Positions 11,178-23,700 of a stretch of DNA of 64,000 bases are shown piece by piece (the first letter of the stretch is position 1; each line of letters begins with the position of its first letter). The position numbers and the translations under genes are program-made. The notes under the pieces are model-generated. The model was not told where the DNA came from and searched no databases. It saw nothing but the letters and a program-made list of their open reading frames with translations. The stretch lies in NCBI GenBank assembly GCA_010405405.1, contig MU004237.1, positions 2,243,345-2,307,344 of the forward strand. Direction: 5' to 3'. The stretch is from Microthyrium microscopicum. Lineage: Eukaryota.

Positions 11178-13024
11178 CTATTCATCATCGTCAGCATTTC
11201 CCAGCAGCTCACCAAGCGCACTCTGGAAAGCCTCTGGTCCCCATGATGAGCCTTTTGCTCCTCCATATCCCTTCGGAACTTGCTGAACAGCAGGTTGCCC
11301 AAGTGCTGGCTCAGCCATTATTGGTTTCCATCCAGCGGGCTTAGGGCCCAGCTTGAAGTCTGGTGGTGCAACTGAATCCGCGCGTGGGCTATACTTGAGC
11401 ACATAGGCACCTCGCTCAATTGTGTTGACAAGCACGAAACCGCTTGGGTATTTGGCATAGCTACTCCATGATCCGACGAAGCGTGGTACTCCACCAAGGT
11501 TTTCGTAGTCATCTTCTGGGTAGATGTCGAAGAATCCTAGTTCCTTGACACTGTTGCCGGTGGGGTCGGTCGGGATAGAGCTGATGTTCAAGATGCTGAA
11601 ACCCGCTCCGTAGTTGCTTTGGAAGGATTTGCCGTCGTGGACGTATTGGTTGTGATCGATGGTGGCTCGCTTGCCTTTGTAGTAACCAGTTTGTTTTGGT
11701 TTTGCGAGGCTGGCGATGTTCCAGATATATGTGACAGGGCGGCCATCTTTGGCAAGGCCCTTCTTCTCAACCTCGTCGTACTCATCGTCGAGCAAAAGAT
11801 ATTCCTGGTTGTTGGGATCAAGAACCCAACCTTGGTGGGTATAAGCTGCTCCCTCATAGCTTGTCTTGGAAATGATTGTTGGCTTGACCTTGTCTGTTAC
11901 ATCGTAGCTAAAACCTGTCAGCATATATTTTCAAGTTGACCGGCGATCATACATGGTAAGTGTGTCCTCGTTGTATCCGTAGCAGATCTCACGTCCAACG
12001 TATTGCTTGTCTGGGCCTCTGTACACGAGACATTGCGCATCATGAACGTAACCATCTTGGCCAGCGCATCCAGGTCCCGTGGGGAGAGCTGGGTTTGTCA
12101 TGTTGATGAAGATAATTCCACCTCTGCATTTGTGGGTTCGTGGGACAGCGCCAACTGAGTATGCCATTTGGCTCTCCTCGTTGATGACAACGTTATGGGT
12201 GCTTCCCTCTGGCAAGCCCGTGAAATGTCCAGTGAGGTCCTTCTTGTTGTCAAACTTGACTGGCTTGGTAGGATCGACTGTGAGCAACTACATCCCGATT
12301 TAGCGTTGATCATGAAATTTTTCTGTTGCTGCGCGCGCTCACCTTCTTCATATCGAAGATTTGGATACCATGACCGGTAGCCTCACTTCCAATGAGCATG
12401 TAGTCTTTGTATCCCCGTACTTCTCGCCATATCGAAGGAACAGAATATGCTGGTAGTCGGCCAAGGTAGACCAATTTACCCTCCTTGGTGATCTCTGCAA
12501 AGGCACATCCATCAATCTGGGCAATGGCAGCGAACTCTCGTCCTTCAGGTGATGTCCAACCCCAGGATGACGATCCTTGGCCTGCTGTGCTGCCGAGAGA
12601 TGCGTGGGATTTGAAGTTGTATAAATCAATCTGGAACAAATGGTTAGTGGTTGTCGTTTTCCTTGAGAGATGTTTACTCACGTTGCCACAGAGAAAACTG
12701 TATAAGGGCTCATTGGGTAGCGCAACTGCTCTTCCGTCTTTGCATTGGACAAGGTTATCAATGTCAGGATATTTCGCTGCTTCATAACGACCCATTTCCT
12801 TCTGCTCGGCCCAGTGTTCCTATATCTTGTTAGCCGCAGGATCCAATGTGACTCGCCACTAATCTGAGCAGTTATATACTAACCTGCTTCCTCATCATGA
12901 TACGGTCCATCATGATACCACTGTCATAGAGCTCAGCTCCTGATTTCTCGTCCTTGGCCAATTCTTTGCCAAAAGCGCCCTGCGCCATGGCCGCAGCCAA
13001 ACTGAAAGCTGACAGAAGCTGCAT
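11178..13024 (-). CDS. Secreted choice-of-anchor B family / LVIVD-repeat beta-propeller-like protein, multi-exon
   Basis: ATG at 13024 gives signal peptide MQLLSAFSLAAAMAQGAFG, then ELYDSG. Motifs GSSSWGWTS, SIWREVRGY, GSTHNVVINE, GYVHDAQC, YTHQGW, IDHNQYV, FVGSWSSY, NTIERG are spread over exons separated by GT-AG introns. Confidence 0.82.
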
Positions 13025-13802
13025 AATGAAACTGATGACTTAGTGAGAGTGATGGAGAGGTCAAGCCAGCCGACAGCAGTAACATGCGGTCTTGCGACTC
13101 ATTATATGAAGAGGGCACTTATTTGGCACCAACCGCTTATCCGATATGCTTTACAATTGCCCCATGGGACCGCGTTATCGTTCAATTTAATATCCGTAAC
13201 GCTTGGGTCTCGAAGCTTGATCGCGTTTACACTCGACGCATGTACCCACGCATGTACACAAGTATATGTTACCTTGTCTGATAAGAGACCTAGTCTATCA
13301 CAATTCATTGGCCAGATCTATAGGTTTTGCTGGGTAAATACCATGAAGATAGGTACCTAGATTGCTGCTCGCTTGATTCTTGAATATAAGAGCTCTCGTG
13401 ACCAACTCCATTGACGGCTCACTGCTGAGGAGGACATGGCTATCTTAAGACATGGGTGTCTAAAGTGGATTGATATAGGTGAAGTTCGCCCGGAAATAGA
13501 TTGGCAGTAAGGGTTTGGCGATTGACCTCTCGAAAGGCACGATATAAAATGCTTGAATTCCCCGAATTGCCGATCTCATGTGTTGGTAGCCTGTAAAGCC
13601 TGTAAGCATTGTTATATGATCAACAGTTGACTTCATAGGCTATCTGAAGCTCTAAACTATTCTGAGTTGGACAATTGCACCAGCTCACGTAACAAAATTG
13701 GTTGAAATCAAGTCGATCCAAGAAAGGAATATCCTGTCTCCCATCAAGGCTCAAAAAATAATCCAAACGGATCGGAAAGGCGGTTAGGCAAACAAATATT
13801 TA

Positions 13803-15171
13803 CAGTGCTTAGGCAAAAGTCTCCGCGGATCACAGATCCACCACCCAACCAAAAATCAACCCCCAATCTTGTAACTCAAATTACTAGGCCATTTTGGCTT
13901 AGATTTTCACAAGGATTGCAGATTATTAAAGCTCATAACTTGGCCTATTTAGGAAGTATTTTAGATTTTATTTTGGTTATAGTTTAGTATTTAGTATGCT
14001 AACCTTTAGCTTTAATTACCGCTTTAAGACGACGAGGCATACTCTTAATTATAGAGTTAATAAAACTATCTAGAATCGCGTCCTAAGCTTTTAAAATATA
14101 TTTTTCTAGAATCTATAGGTTATGCTCGTTCTTTTTGTCTATTTTAATTAGCTCTAGAAATATCTTATAAAGCACTTCTTTAAGCTTTACCTAGATATAT
14201 TCTATAGAGTTTAAATCTAGTAAATAAAGAAGCTAATCTATAGTCTAAATTCTATAATCTATTAGCTACGCGTAGATAATTCTTACTATATAAATTTATA
14301 TATTATTCTACTAAAAAAGCTTTCTAGGTTAATATATATTTTATAAGGTATTTTTAAGGTAAAGGATATAAGATTTAGTAGTATAGCTATTACGTTTAGC
14401 CTCTAGATCTTATAATATTATAATTAATTCTAAGCGCTTTTTATAAAGGTTAATTATTTTAAAAACTATTAACAATAATTATTTCCCCTTTAGAAAAGTC
14501 TAAATTATTTCTTTATCCTATTTTTAGTATAGAGTTCTAAATACCTATTCTTATTTTTAGCCCTTTATTTGCTTAACTAAATACTTATTAAAGAACTAAA
14601 TATTAGCCTAATCTAGAGCTATATAGTATTAGTAATCTAGGGCAAATTATAAGTATTTATTAGCTACTTCCTTTATTAAGGTAGGTCGTCTTTAGGCACG
14701 CTATTTAGAAATGTTAAATACGTCTAAAATATGTCTTATAGTATTATAACTCTATAATAGCTATAAACGCGTTTTAAGCTATTAGTAGGTAACCTTAGGA
14801 TACCTATAGACCTCTTAAATTATATAGTAGACCTAGCAGTTATTCTATAATTAGGGACGACTAGATCTTTTATTATAATAATTGAATTTATTATTAGTTT
14901 TAGCGTTAGCAAGAATATACCATATTAAAGAGTTAGGGACGTTAAAACTAATAGTGATTTTAGTAGGCGTTGTTCTGCTAAGAGAAGCTCTAATAATTAA
15001 GCCCTTTTAGTAGGGTATAAATTAAGTATTAGGGACTCTCTTATTAAATATTTGTTTTAAAGGAGTACGAATTAGAGGCATAGTAGTTATTTAAAGAAGA
15101 AGATAATATTTTTAGAGACGCGTTTTAGATGGCGCGGGTGCACGGATCGCGGAGACTTTTGCGCAGCACTG
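13803..15171 (-). mobile_element. Full-length Tc1/impala-like DD34E DNA transposon inactivated by RIP
   Basis: TA duplications at 13801-13802 and 15172-15173. Termini begin CAGTGCT and share the core CAAAAGTCTCCGCG as inverted repeats. Interior is very AT-rich and TpA-rich. The minus strand reverts by C>T/G>A changes to FQQDNA.IHT (D at 14307) and WPPYSPDLNPIEHIW (E at 14202), a D-34-E spacing. Confidence 0.93.
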
Positions 15172-15270
15172 TATACTGTAGTTCTATTCTCAAAACCAGT
15201 ATCAACAGAAATCCATATCTCCATTGAAACGCCTAGCATACCATAATCGAGCACAAGTTTTCCTCCCCAA

Positions 15271-16760
15271 TCAACCAGATGTTGTCGTAGCCTCAACAAT
15301 ATCATCACCCGCCTCATCACCATCCTCCTTCACACTAAACTTCCACGTCCTATGCGTCTCCGGCTCATTCATCATCCCCGCCAAATCCACCGTCAAATCG
15401 TGATCTGCTCCGTAGAGAATCGTCAACGCCTCCACCGCTTGCCCAGCATACTTGATTGTATTATATCTATCGCCAATCACACTGTATGCATATGCAGCTG
15501 CTTCAAATGCGGTCGCAATTGGCGCATGTAATCGCTCTTGCTTGTATAAATCGATGAGTAGTTCGGCCATTTTTGTGCGGTCGGGCTGGGGTGTTGTCCA
15601 GTCGTTGAGTTTCTCTTTTATGCTGTGGATTTGTGCGATGCGGTTGTCGGAGGCGGCGATGTGGTCGGCGGGTTGCCGGCAGATGGAGCAGGAGCAGGCG
15701 AAACCCCAGGATACCATTGTTGCGGCTTGTCGTTCTTGGTAGGGCGTTTCGCCGTCAGTGTCTGCGTGGTGTTAGTGGATTGATTTGGGGAGTTGTGGGA
15801 GAATGAACTTACAGTTGATGAGGATTTCTTCGTTGGGCATGATTTCTCTGATTGCGTGGACGTATTGTGTCATTGTCATTGGGTCGAAGTAGTAATGCGC
15901 GCTTTTCCCAAGGTTAGATCTCCGTCTCGTGGAAGGCAGTTCAGAAGCACTTACTTTGGTCGACAATCATGGTTAAACCTCGAAATGCGCGGCAGCAAAT
16001 TGTTGTGCATATCCTGATCGGTATAATAAGCTCCAAACGCATTCGTTCGCATCAAATCGTCCACGAAATCTCCACCATGAGCTCCATGTAGTGCCAGTAA
16101 CTCATCTCTAGCTTCCTTCGGCAACATGTAAACCCCATGCCAATGCATAGGTAAACGATCCCTCTCCTCCACAACTCCAAACATTCCACGATCATAGATC
16201 CAAGTTGGAGTCTCTTGCATAATTCTTTCTCCCCTAGACAGACTGCGATTCGCAACCAAACCAATGCCTTTCATTGGAAAGACATGTGGTACATAAGGAG
16301 GAGGTCCAAATGCGCCATTAATCAAGTCGTTCATACCAGCAATTGACGAAGGTTTCGCGAACGCGGGTACTTTGAGGATTGTCTCTATGACTCGCGGCGA
16401 AGTAACTAATACGATACCGCGACCATCTGCGAAGTTCGCGTTGGCATATGTGCAGAATGTTTGTGTGTTTACGCCCATCGCGTTATTTGGTTCGGTATCG
16501 ATACACATGGGTCGTTGGGTCCATGCTGACCAGTCTCCTTTGTATGGATACCAGTTTCGAGGAGCGGCGCATACTGCGGTCGTATCGAACAGGTCGGCTG
16601 GTGTTGTGTCTTGTACTGTGCCATCGAGTGCGAAACCAAAGGTTGTTACATCGAAATCGGCTGAAGCGAATGTTGCTAGACCTAGCAGTAGTATGTTCCT
16701 GAATGAAGATGCGAATGTCGTCGTCCGGGACGTCCTGGTGGATTGTAGGCTCGGTGCCAT
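15271..16760 (-). CDS. SET domain lysine methyltransferase-like protein (SET + post-SET + TPR-like) with hydrophobic N-terminal segment
   Basis: KGIGLVANRSLSRGERIMQE, RTNAF, SRFNHDCRPN (spliced), EEILIN, WGFACSCSIC, helical C-terminus. Introns near 15900-15955 and 15761-15812. Confidence 0.85.
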
Positions 16761-16966
16761 TGTGTCTGTCAATCGTGATCAATCGTGGTATAGTAAATGA
16801 GCTTCATACACCCATTGAGTGCAGAATGAAGGAAACAACTCAGTATGTAAAAGAATACAAGCTACTCAAAGCTTTCGTTTCAACCGAAATTTCCATTTTT
16901 GACGTTACTTGGCAGGAGGTTTGATGCAAATTGACATATACCAGGTAGAATATGCACGTCAATAGC

Positions 16967-17020
16967 TGACCGTAGGGAAGCACATTACATGACCGTAGGG
17001 AAGCGAATTGCATGACCGTA
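16967..17020. repeat. 23-bp tandem repeat x2.3
   Basis: TGACCGTAGGGAAGCACATTACA / TGACCGTAGGGAAGCGAATTGCA / TGACCGTA starting at 16967, 16990 and 17013. Confidence 0.85.
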
Positions 17021-17787
17021 ATCATCTGTCATGACCAAACATTGAAACATTTGAAACCCATGTTCCCGTATTAAAGAGCCAATGATGGAGCCATACAGGA
17101 AATAAGTTTCTAGGCTTCTCAGGGTTGATGCTAAAGAAGGCCATGGTGTTGTGGGGCTCGAGTGGTGAAAGTGGTTCAACCCTAGAGTGATTTAATATCA
17201 TGATTGAGCTGCTCGAGGCTCTAGATGATCCGCACAGGGCTGGATGGCAAGGAACCCGTCTGGGGTTATTGGACACAGTTGCCATATGTTCCAAGCTTTC
17301 TTCGCGAACGCCAGTGCATCTACAAGTCCATTCGATTTCCTGAAGCGGGTCAATGATAGTGACGAAAATATGATCCATGAATCAAGCATTGGGAATGAGG
17401 GAAGAAGATATGTATTATGACATAGGAAACTTGATATCTGCAATTTAGTTATTCCAGTATAAACCGCTCCACCATTTCACCCTTTGTATGATGCAACCAA
17501 TAGTCGTAGATATTACGCAGCCCAAAATATAAACAAAAATGTAAACAAAAATGAAGCGACAGTGGGGTATAGAGTTCAATCTTGTGTCGATGAAAATGGG
17601 ACGAACAAGCCCAAACAAATAAGAAAGGAAAAACAAGAAAAGCGAGAAAGGATATGAACACATTCTCTTTGGGTGTTGGGTGTACAGAAACGACAACAAC
17701 GCAAGCAGGGGGTATATCAGATCAATATCAACAGCAGCATATTCAACAGCGGCATATTTAGCACACTCGATTCATGTACACTCACAC

Positions 17788-20700
17788 TCACGACTCAATG
17801 GACCGACCAAATGGAGGCAGCCGTCTTGGAGTGCCATCCACTGTACTGTCCTCGTCATCGTAGAAATCATCAGCACTGAAGCGACCTGTTTCTGCATCTT
17901 CGTCGTAGCCTCCACGTTGCAATAGTGGCGGTGTACGTGGAGGAACACCTCGAAGTGCTTCACCAAGAGATGACGGTCCAGCTGACGAGGACTTGGCCTT
18001 TTCTGCTTGTCGACTAGACATTGATCGGCCAACAACAGCCTGGGATGAAGCTGAAGCTGCACTATCGCGTCGTAGTTCCACGGTATTTGGTGGCTCTGGC
18101 GTTCTTCTCATGTGGGAGGCTGGGGGTGTCATCAATCCCGAGAGGAAGGAAGATGTAGAATTCGGACTGCGTTTGGCAGGGGTGCCACGCCAATCATTGA
18201 GCACTCGTCCTAGTTGCGCAACTCTTGGTGATGCATAGCTTTGGAGGTTGGCAGCGAGGTTACTCGACATGGCAGAAAGTGGCTGAGCATTTCCAGTGCC
18301 TTGATGGCGCTCCTTCTCGTGCATCTCCATCTGAAGACTGGTACGAATGCGAATTGCGGCATTCTGAACAGACTCGCGGTCAAAGTCCTCACGCCCAAGG
18401 AGGTTGATCAGGTCAGAGAGATCATCGACACGAACGCCGAGCAGTTCTCGGAGCCAGCCAATTTCGACATCACGACCTTTGAGAGCTTCGGGGTCAACTT
18501 CACCGACCTGTTGTTCGAGTGCTTCAATGCGAGCTTCGCGCTCTTGTAATTGATCTTGTAGAACATCAATTGACTCTCGCAGCGCCTTTGCCGAAGCACC
18601 TCCTAGATTACCGAACATGGATGGCATGGATGGTAGAACAGCTGCAGGAGATCTTGTTGATTGCGCAGCTTGAGCAGCAGCTTGGGCGGCAGTCTTGGTG
18701 ACTTCGAGCTTTTGATTGAGATGATGTACCTTGTCTTCAAGGAGCTCAATCTTGTTGCTGGCCAAGTTGAGTTGATCTGCGAAATAAGCTTCGGATCGTT
18801 CCTTGTCTTCATAAGCTTGCTCAAGAGATCGTTGACTTTGTTGCTCCATGTCTGCTTGACGCGAAGCATGAGCTTCTCGGAGGAAAGTCTCGGATTGGTT
18901 CTTGTTTTCTATAACATGATCCAGATCGCGACGATGCTGTCTTCGAAGTTCCTCAAGACGTTCTTCAAAGACTTGTCGCTGATCATGAAGAGCGGAAGTT
19001 TTGCCTTCGATCACTTCACGAATGGCATCTCTCTTTGAATCAGCCTCTTGCTCAATGATGAGTTCTTCCTTGGCTCGAGCTGCATCCGCTTCCATCTTTG
19101 CACTTTCCAGATCGACTCGAAGGCGGTTAAGTTCGTCTTCAAGGCCAGCACGAACAATGTTGGCGTGGTTATTTGCTGCATCGATATCCGCTTGCATGAG
19201 AAGACGAGTACGTTGAACTTCGGTTCGAGCCGAGTCACGAGCTTCTTGCCATTCGCGGGCATATTTTTCAGCTGTCTTTTCGTGCTCAGAACTTTCACTT
19301 CGCCATTGGTCAACCTGCTGCTCGAGTTTAGAATTTTCCTTTTGCAGATGCTCGAGGGTGATTGCTGCTTTTTGAGCTTCACGCTCTTTGGAAAGGAGGT
19401 CCTCGACATCTCCTTGTAGCCTATTCTTTTCATGCTGGACATGCTCCAACAAGGCACGCAATTTGGTGTTTTCTTTCATATTTTCGCGTTCTGAGACTTC
19501 CAATCTGTTCATTTCTTGTTCGAAGCGTTCACGAGTGCGAGCTTCTGCTTGAGCCTGCGACTTGATAATTTCGTAACGAGTGCGATGCTCAGCATCCATG
19601 CGTTGCCACTTTGCGCGCTCATCAGCAAGTTTTCCAGTTGCAGAGGCAGTGTCAGCTTGCAATTTGTCCAGACGATCGCGCATAGTTTCGCGAATCCGGA
19701 TAGCTTCCTCGGCTTGGATTTTGAGAGTTCCACTAGCAGCTGCAAGTCTTTCTTTTTCACGGCTAGCATTGTCCATGTCCGCCCGCCACTTGTCGTGAGA
19801 AATGCGGTATTCGTCCAGTGTGGCCTTGAGGGCGACGTTCGTTTCTGATAGTGAAGTGACCTTTACTTGTAGATCAGCACTTGCAGACTCGGCCATTGCG
19901 ACGCGTTGGTCGGCATCTCTGGATTTGTCTTCGAATACGCGCATATGGTCTCCATCATCGCTTGCTGAAGCACGAAGTAATTCCAACTCCTCTTCAGCAA
20001 GTTTGAGTAATCTCTGGCTTTCTGCTTCTTTACGCTCTGCATATTTTCTGGCCTCCGCTTCCTCGGCGATCTTGGCATGAGCTTCAGAATTGCGTTGCAA
20101 AAGTTCTGAAAGAATTGGGTTCTCGTCTTGCATTAAGGTTCGGCTAGATTCTGTTGTAAGAGTTTGACTAGCAACCGCAGATTCTACAGCTGCCTTGATA
20201 TCTTCAAGCTGAGGAAGATTGCTTATATCATATTCTAGTTTGCGACCCATGAGGACGCCTTCCACAGCACGTTGAACATCTTCCGCGGAGAGAATTTGGG
20301 CCGTCGGTACTTGGAAGGCGGATCTCATCTCTTGGACTGCAGCCAGAATCGATGCAGTGGCAACTGTGTCCGATGTGGGTTCGACTACTGGGCGATAAGT
20401 AGCGAGTGCTTCTTGAATGATCAATCTCATCTTTTCATTCTTGCGGTCCCTAACTGGAGAGCGTGACCAAGCGCGTGAGCTATACTCAGGTTCGATTTCA
20501 TCATCCTCATCATCGGCATCGCTGTCCATCGTGGCTCGAGATCTTAAATTGCGGCCAGGTCGTGAAGACGAAATGGTTGACATGGCAGATTCGATAGCCT
20601 TGAGCTGTCTTTCGAGCGGACCAAGACGTTTGCTTAGACTTGAATTGATAACGGAAGAGACATGAGCATCTAGGAACGGTCCACGGGCACGGATTTGTTC

Positions 20701-23700
20701 TTCTTCTCCAGATGAAAAGTCATCCCAGTCGCTGATCGGTACCGTTGGCCCTTCGTTTAATTGGCGAACAGGTGATTCGTAACCAATTGCACCACGACCA
20801 TCACTAAATGGATCTTGAGTTACTGATGCAGAATCCAAGTCTAGGTGGTTTGCAGAGAGTAGGCCACGACGAGGGCTTGGACTTGGAGCATCGCTACGAA
20901 GATTGGCAGGAAGATGTGGTTGAAGAAGTTGCATAGTTGGCATGTCTGTAGGACTCGTTTCTGGCCAAGAATGAGCATCTCGCTCCACGTCAGCTTCTGA
21001 GTTTGACTGGTTGATATGCTGCATAACAGCGTCAATCTCATTGAAGTCTGGCTGTTCCATATCGTCATAGTATCGGACGGATGATGGAAGCTTGTTGGGC
21101 GGCGAAGAAAAGGTCCCTTCCAGGCTCGGAATTTGAAAATCGGCATCAAGACCAGATCTTGATGCGACTGCACTGGATGGTGGCGAGATGAGCTGCTCTG
21201 ATATATTCTGAGCTCGGTCATCTTCATCGGACAAAAACTTGGGGGTAAGCTGAATGCTGTCATCGACATTTTGTTGAACGACAGGAGTATCCGGAGCGCG
21301 AACCGGAGAAATCGGAACAGCAGGAGAAGCATCAAGATGAATCGGTGAATGCTGTGCAGATTCAACTCCATTTGACCTAGGCAAAGAAGACGTTCTGGCG
21401 GGGAAACCGCCTTCAGGTTCCACTGGTAACGGAGAACTTGGAAACAATGGGCTTTCATCGCCGGCGAAAGTTGGCGTAGGCTGAACAAAGGCCTTGCTCG
21501 GAACAATTTCGATTTCCGAGTCAACATGGAGCGGTGCAGTAGGCTCGGAATCTAAGACAGGATTGACTAACGACGCTGGTAGTGGATCTGGATTTGGAAT
21601 GGCAAAGAGAGGAACGTCATCACCATCAGCATCAACCTTGCGCATTCTTTTGGCATTTCCTGCTGCGAGTCGCCCATCTTTGTCAAATATCTCTTCCTCG
21701 GTATCAGTCTTGGCAGAAGGAGGAACGATTGGAACAGCCTTGGACTTCTTGACAGGTTTAGAGAATTCAGTGAAATCAACTCCAGAGAACAGGCGTCCAG
21801 GGGCATCAGAGCTGGAAGTATTAACGCTGCCAAAGGACTTGTCCGGCTCGAAAGCAGGTACGGCAGGATTAAAAACTGGTGCGGTTGGCTTGAGTATTGG
21901 TGCTTTGGAAGCAAAGCTGAACTCTGACTTTGACAAATCTACGCCACCACCAAACCCACCAGCGGTTGGACTGAATTCCGGGGCATTGAGATTGAAAAGA
22001 GTCTTGGTTGGCGTTCCAATAGATCCGGAGCCGATAGAATGTGAGAGTACACTTGACTTTGCTGAAACTATAGAACGAGGAACAAAGTCTTTGACCTTCT
22101 CTGGGTGAAATGCGAAAGCTGAGGCATTGAAGATTGAAGGGTTGAATACAGCAGCAGGATTAGCCCCAGGATTGAACTCTCTTGCAGTAACATTGAGACC
22201 AGAAATCGATGCTTTGGATGAGTGCTGCTTCGCATGCTTGGGCTCAGAGGTTTGTGCCTTGCGCATGAAAGTTGGGTCGTTGTCCCATGGATTTGAGGCC
22301 GTGAAGATGCCCTTGTTCGATGCCATGGTTGGGGGACTACTCATACCGTGTTCGCTTGGATTTGTGTCAATGTCAGAGCTGGCCAGATCAAGGTCGTTGT
22401 AGTTCAATCCATAAGTTCGTCCGACTATAGCAGGAGGCTCCTGGGGTTGTACCTTCTCCACGACTGCCGCTTCTTCTTCTTCTTCCAAAGTGGCGGGTTG
22501 CTCTTGCAACTTCTCCATCATCTTGGGCGACTCCTTCTCCTTTGTCATTACATCCTCAATAACAGCAGGGGCATTTCTCCGCCATTCAGGAACTGCTTTC
22601 GGTGTGGATTCGCGCTCTTCCACTTCAGAGGAGCCCTCTATCGGCGACTTGACATCTTCAACCTTTTGCAAACTTGGCTCGGCCTTTTTGTCCAAACTAA
22701 AGCTACTCTTATGAATGCTTTCTTCCAATTTGGCACTGATATTATGTCGGTGACCAGGTCGAGGATTGAACATCTCTGGCGGAACAGATCGGGTAGCTGG
22801 TACCGGATCCTCCTCAGCTTCAACTTCCAAGACTTCGGCTAGAGTAGAAGCCGGTCTAATAGGCAGTAATTGTTGTTGACGAACCAGTTGTTGTTGCTTT
22901 TGGTGCTGCAATTGGGCAACCAATTCATTTCTCTGTGGAAATTGGAAAGGAGATGTTGAATCAGCCATTGGGTTGAAAGGCGAAATAGGAGATCGCATGT
23001 CTACTGCCCCGCTTGAAACGAGAGGAGAATTACTTGACAATGGAGCATTTTGCATACCAAAAGGTTGTGGTGACCAAGCATTGAAACCCTGTGGACTGAT
23101 GGCTTGTTGGGGGATCATAGGAGGCGATGTAAACATTGATTGTCGATGCATATGCATGCTTTGTCGTGGATTACCCATTGAGGATATGGGCGAAGCAATG
23201 GACCTAGTTGATGTATGATTGGAAGAACCGGGTACAAAACCCATTGGGAAAACATTTCCTCCTGGACCCATCCGTTGACTACCAGCAGATGAGGTTGGAA
23301 GAGGTGGAGAGAATGGAAGACCGGAAAATTGTGACGAGGCTCGTCGAGATAAAGAAGGTTCTGGTGGGTCATCTCCTAAACTGACACCTAGTGCTCTTAA
23401 TTTTGCTTCCTTGAGTTCCCTAACATGATCTTGCCATAGCCTGGGGTTTGGAATTTGAATGCGAGCTTTTCCACTGAATTCTTGAGCTTCGGTCCTGTAA
23501 TCACCCACATCCGGATACACATCACGGTTTTGAGCATAAACAGCTGCCGGTGATTGCTCTTGTTCTGCCGATTGACTCCAGTGTCCGAATCCACGAACGT
23601 CGTATCCTTGATCTTGAAATCTCTTGAGGCGTTCTGCGATTTCTTGTGCGCTCAATGGATACGGCGCTTGACCATCGCCTCCTCTTGGTGGATCCACGGG

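Noticed and set aside
13930..15110. AT-rich tract as centromere, organellar insert or contamination
   Set aside because: Fully explained by a RIP-mutated transposon bounded by TIRs and TA duplications.
17500..17660. A-rich AAACAAAAAT repeats
   Set aside because: Low-complexity U-rich 3' UTR of the coiled-coil gene.
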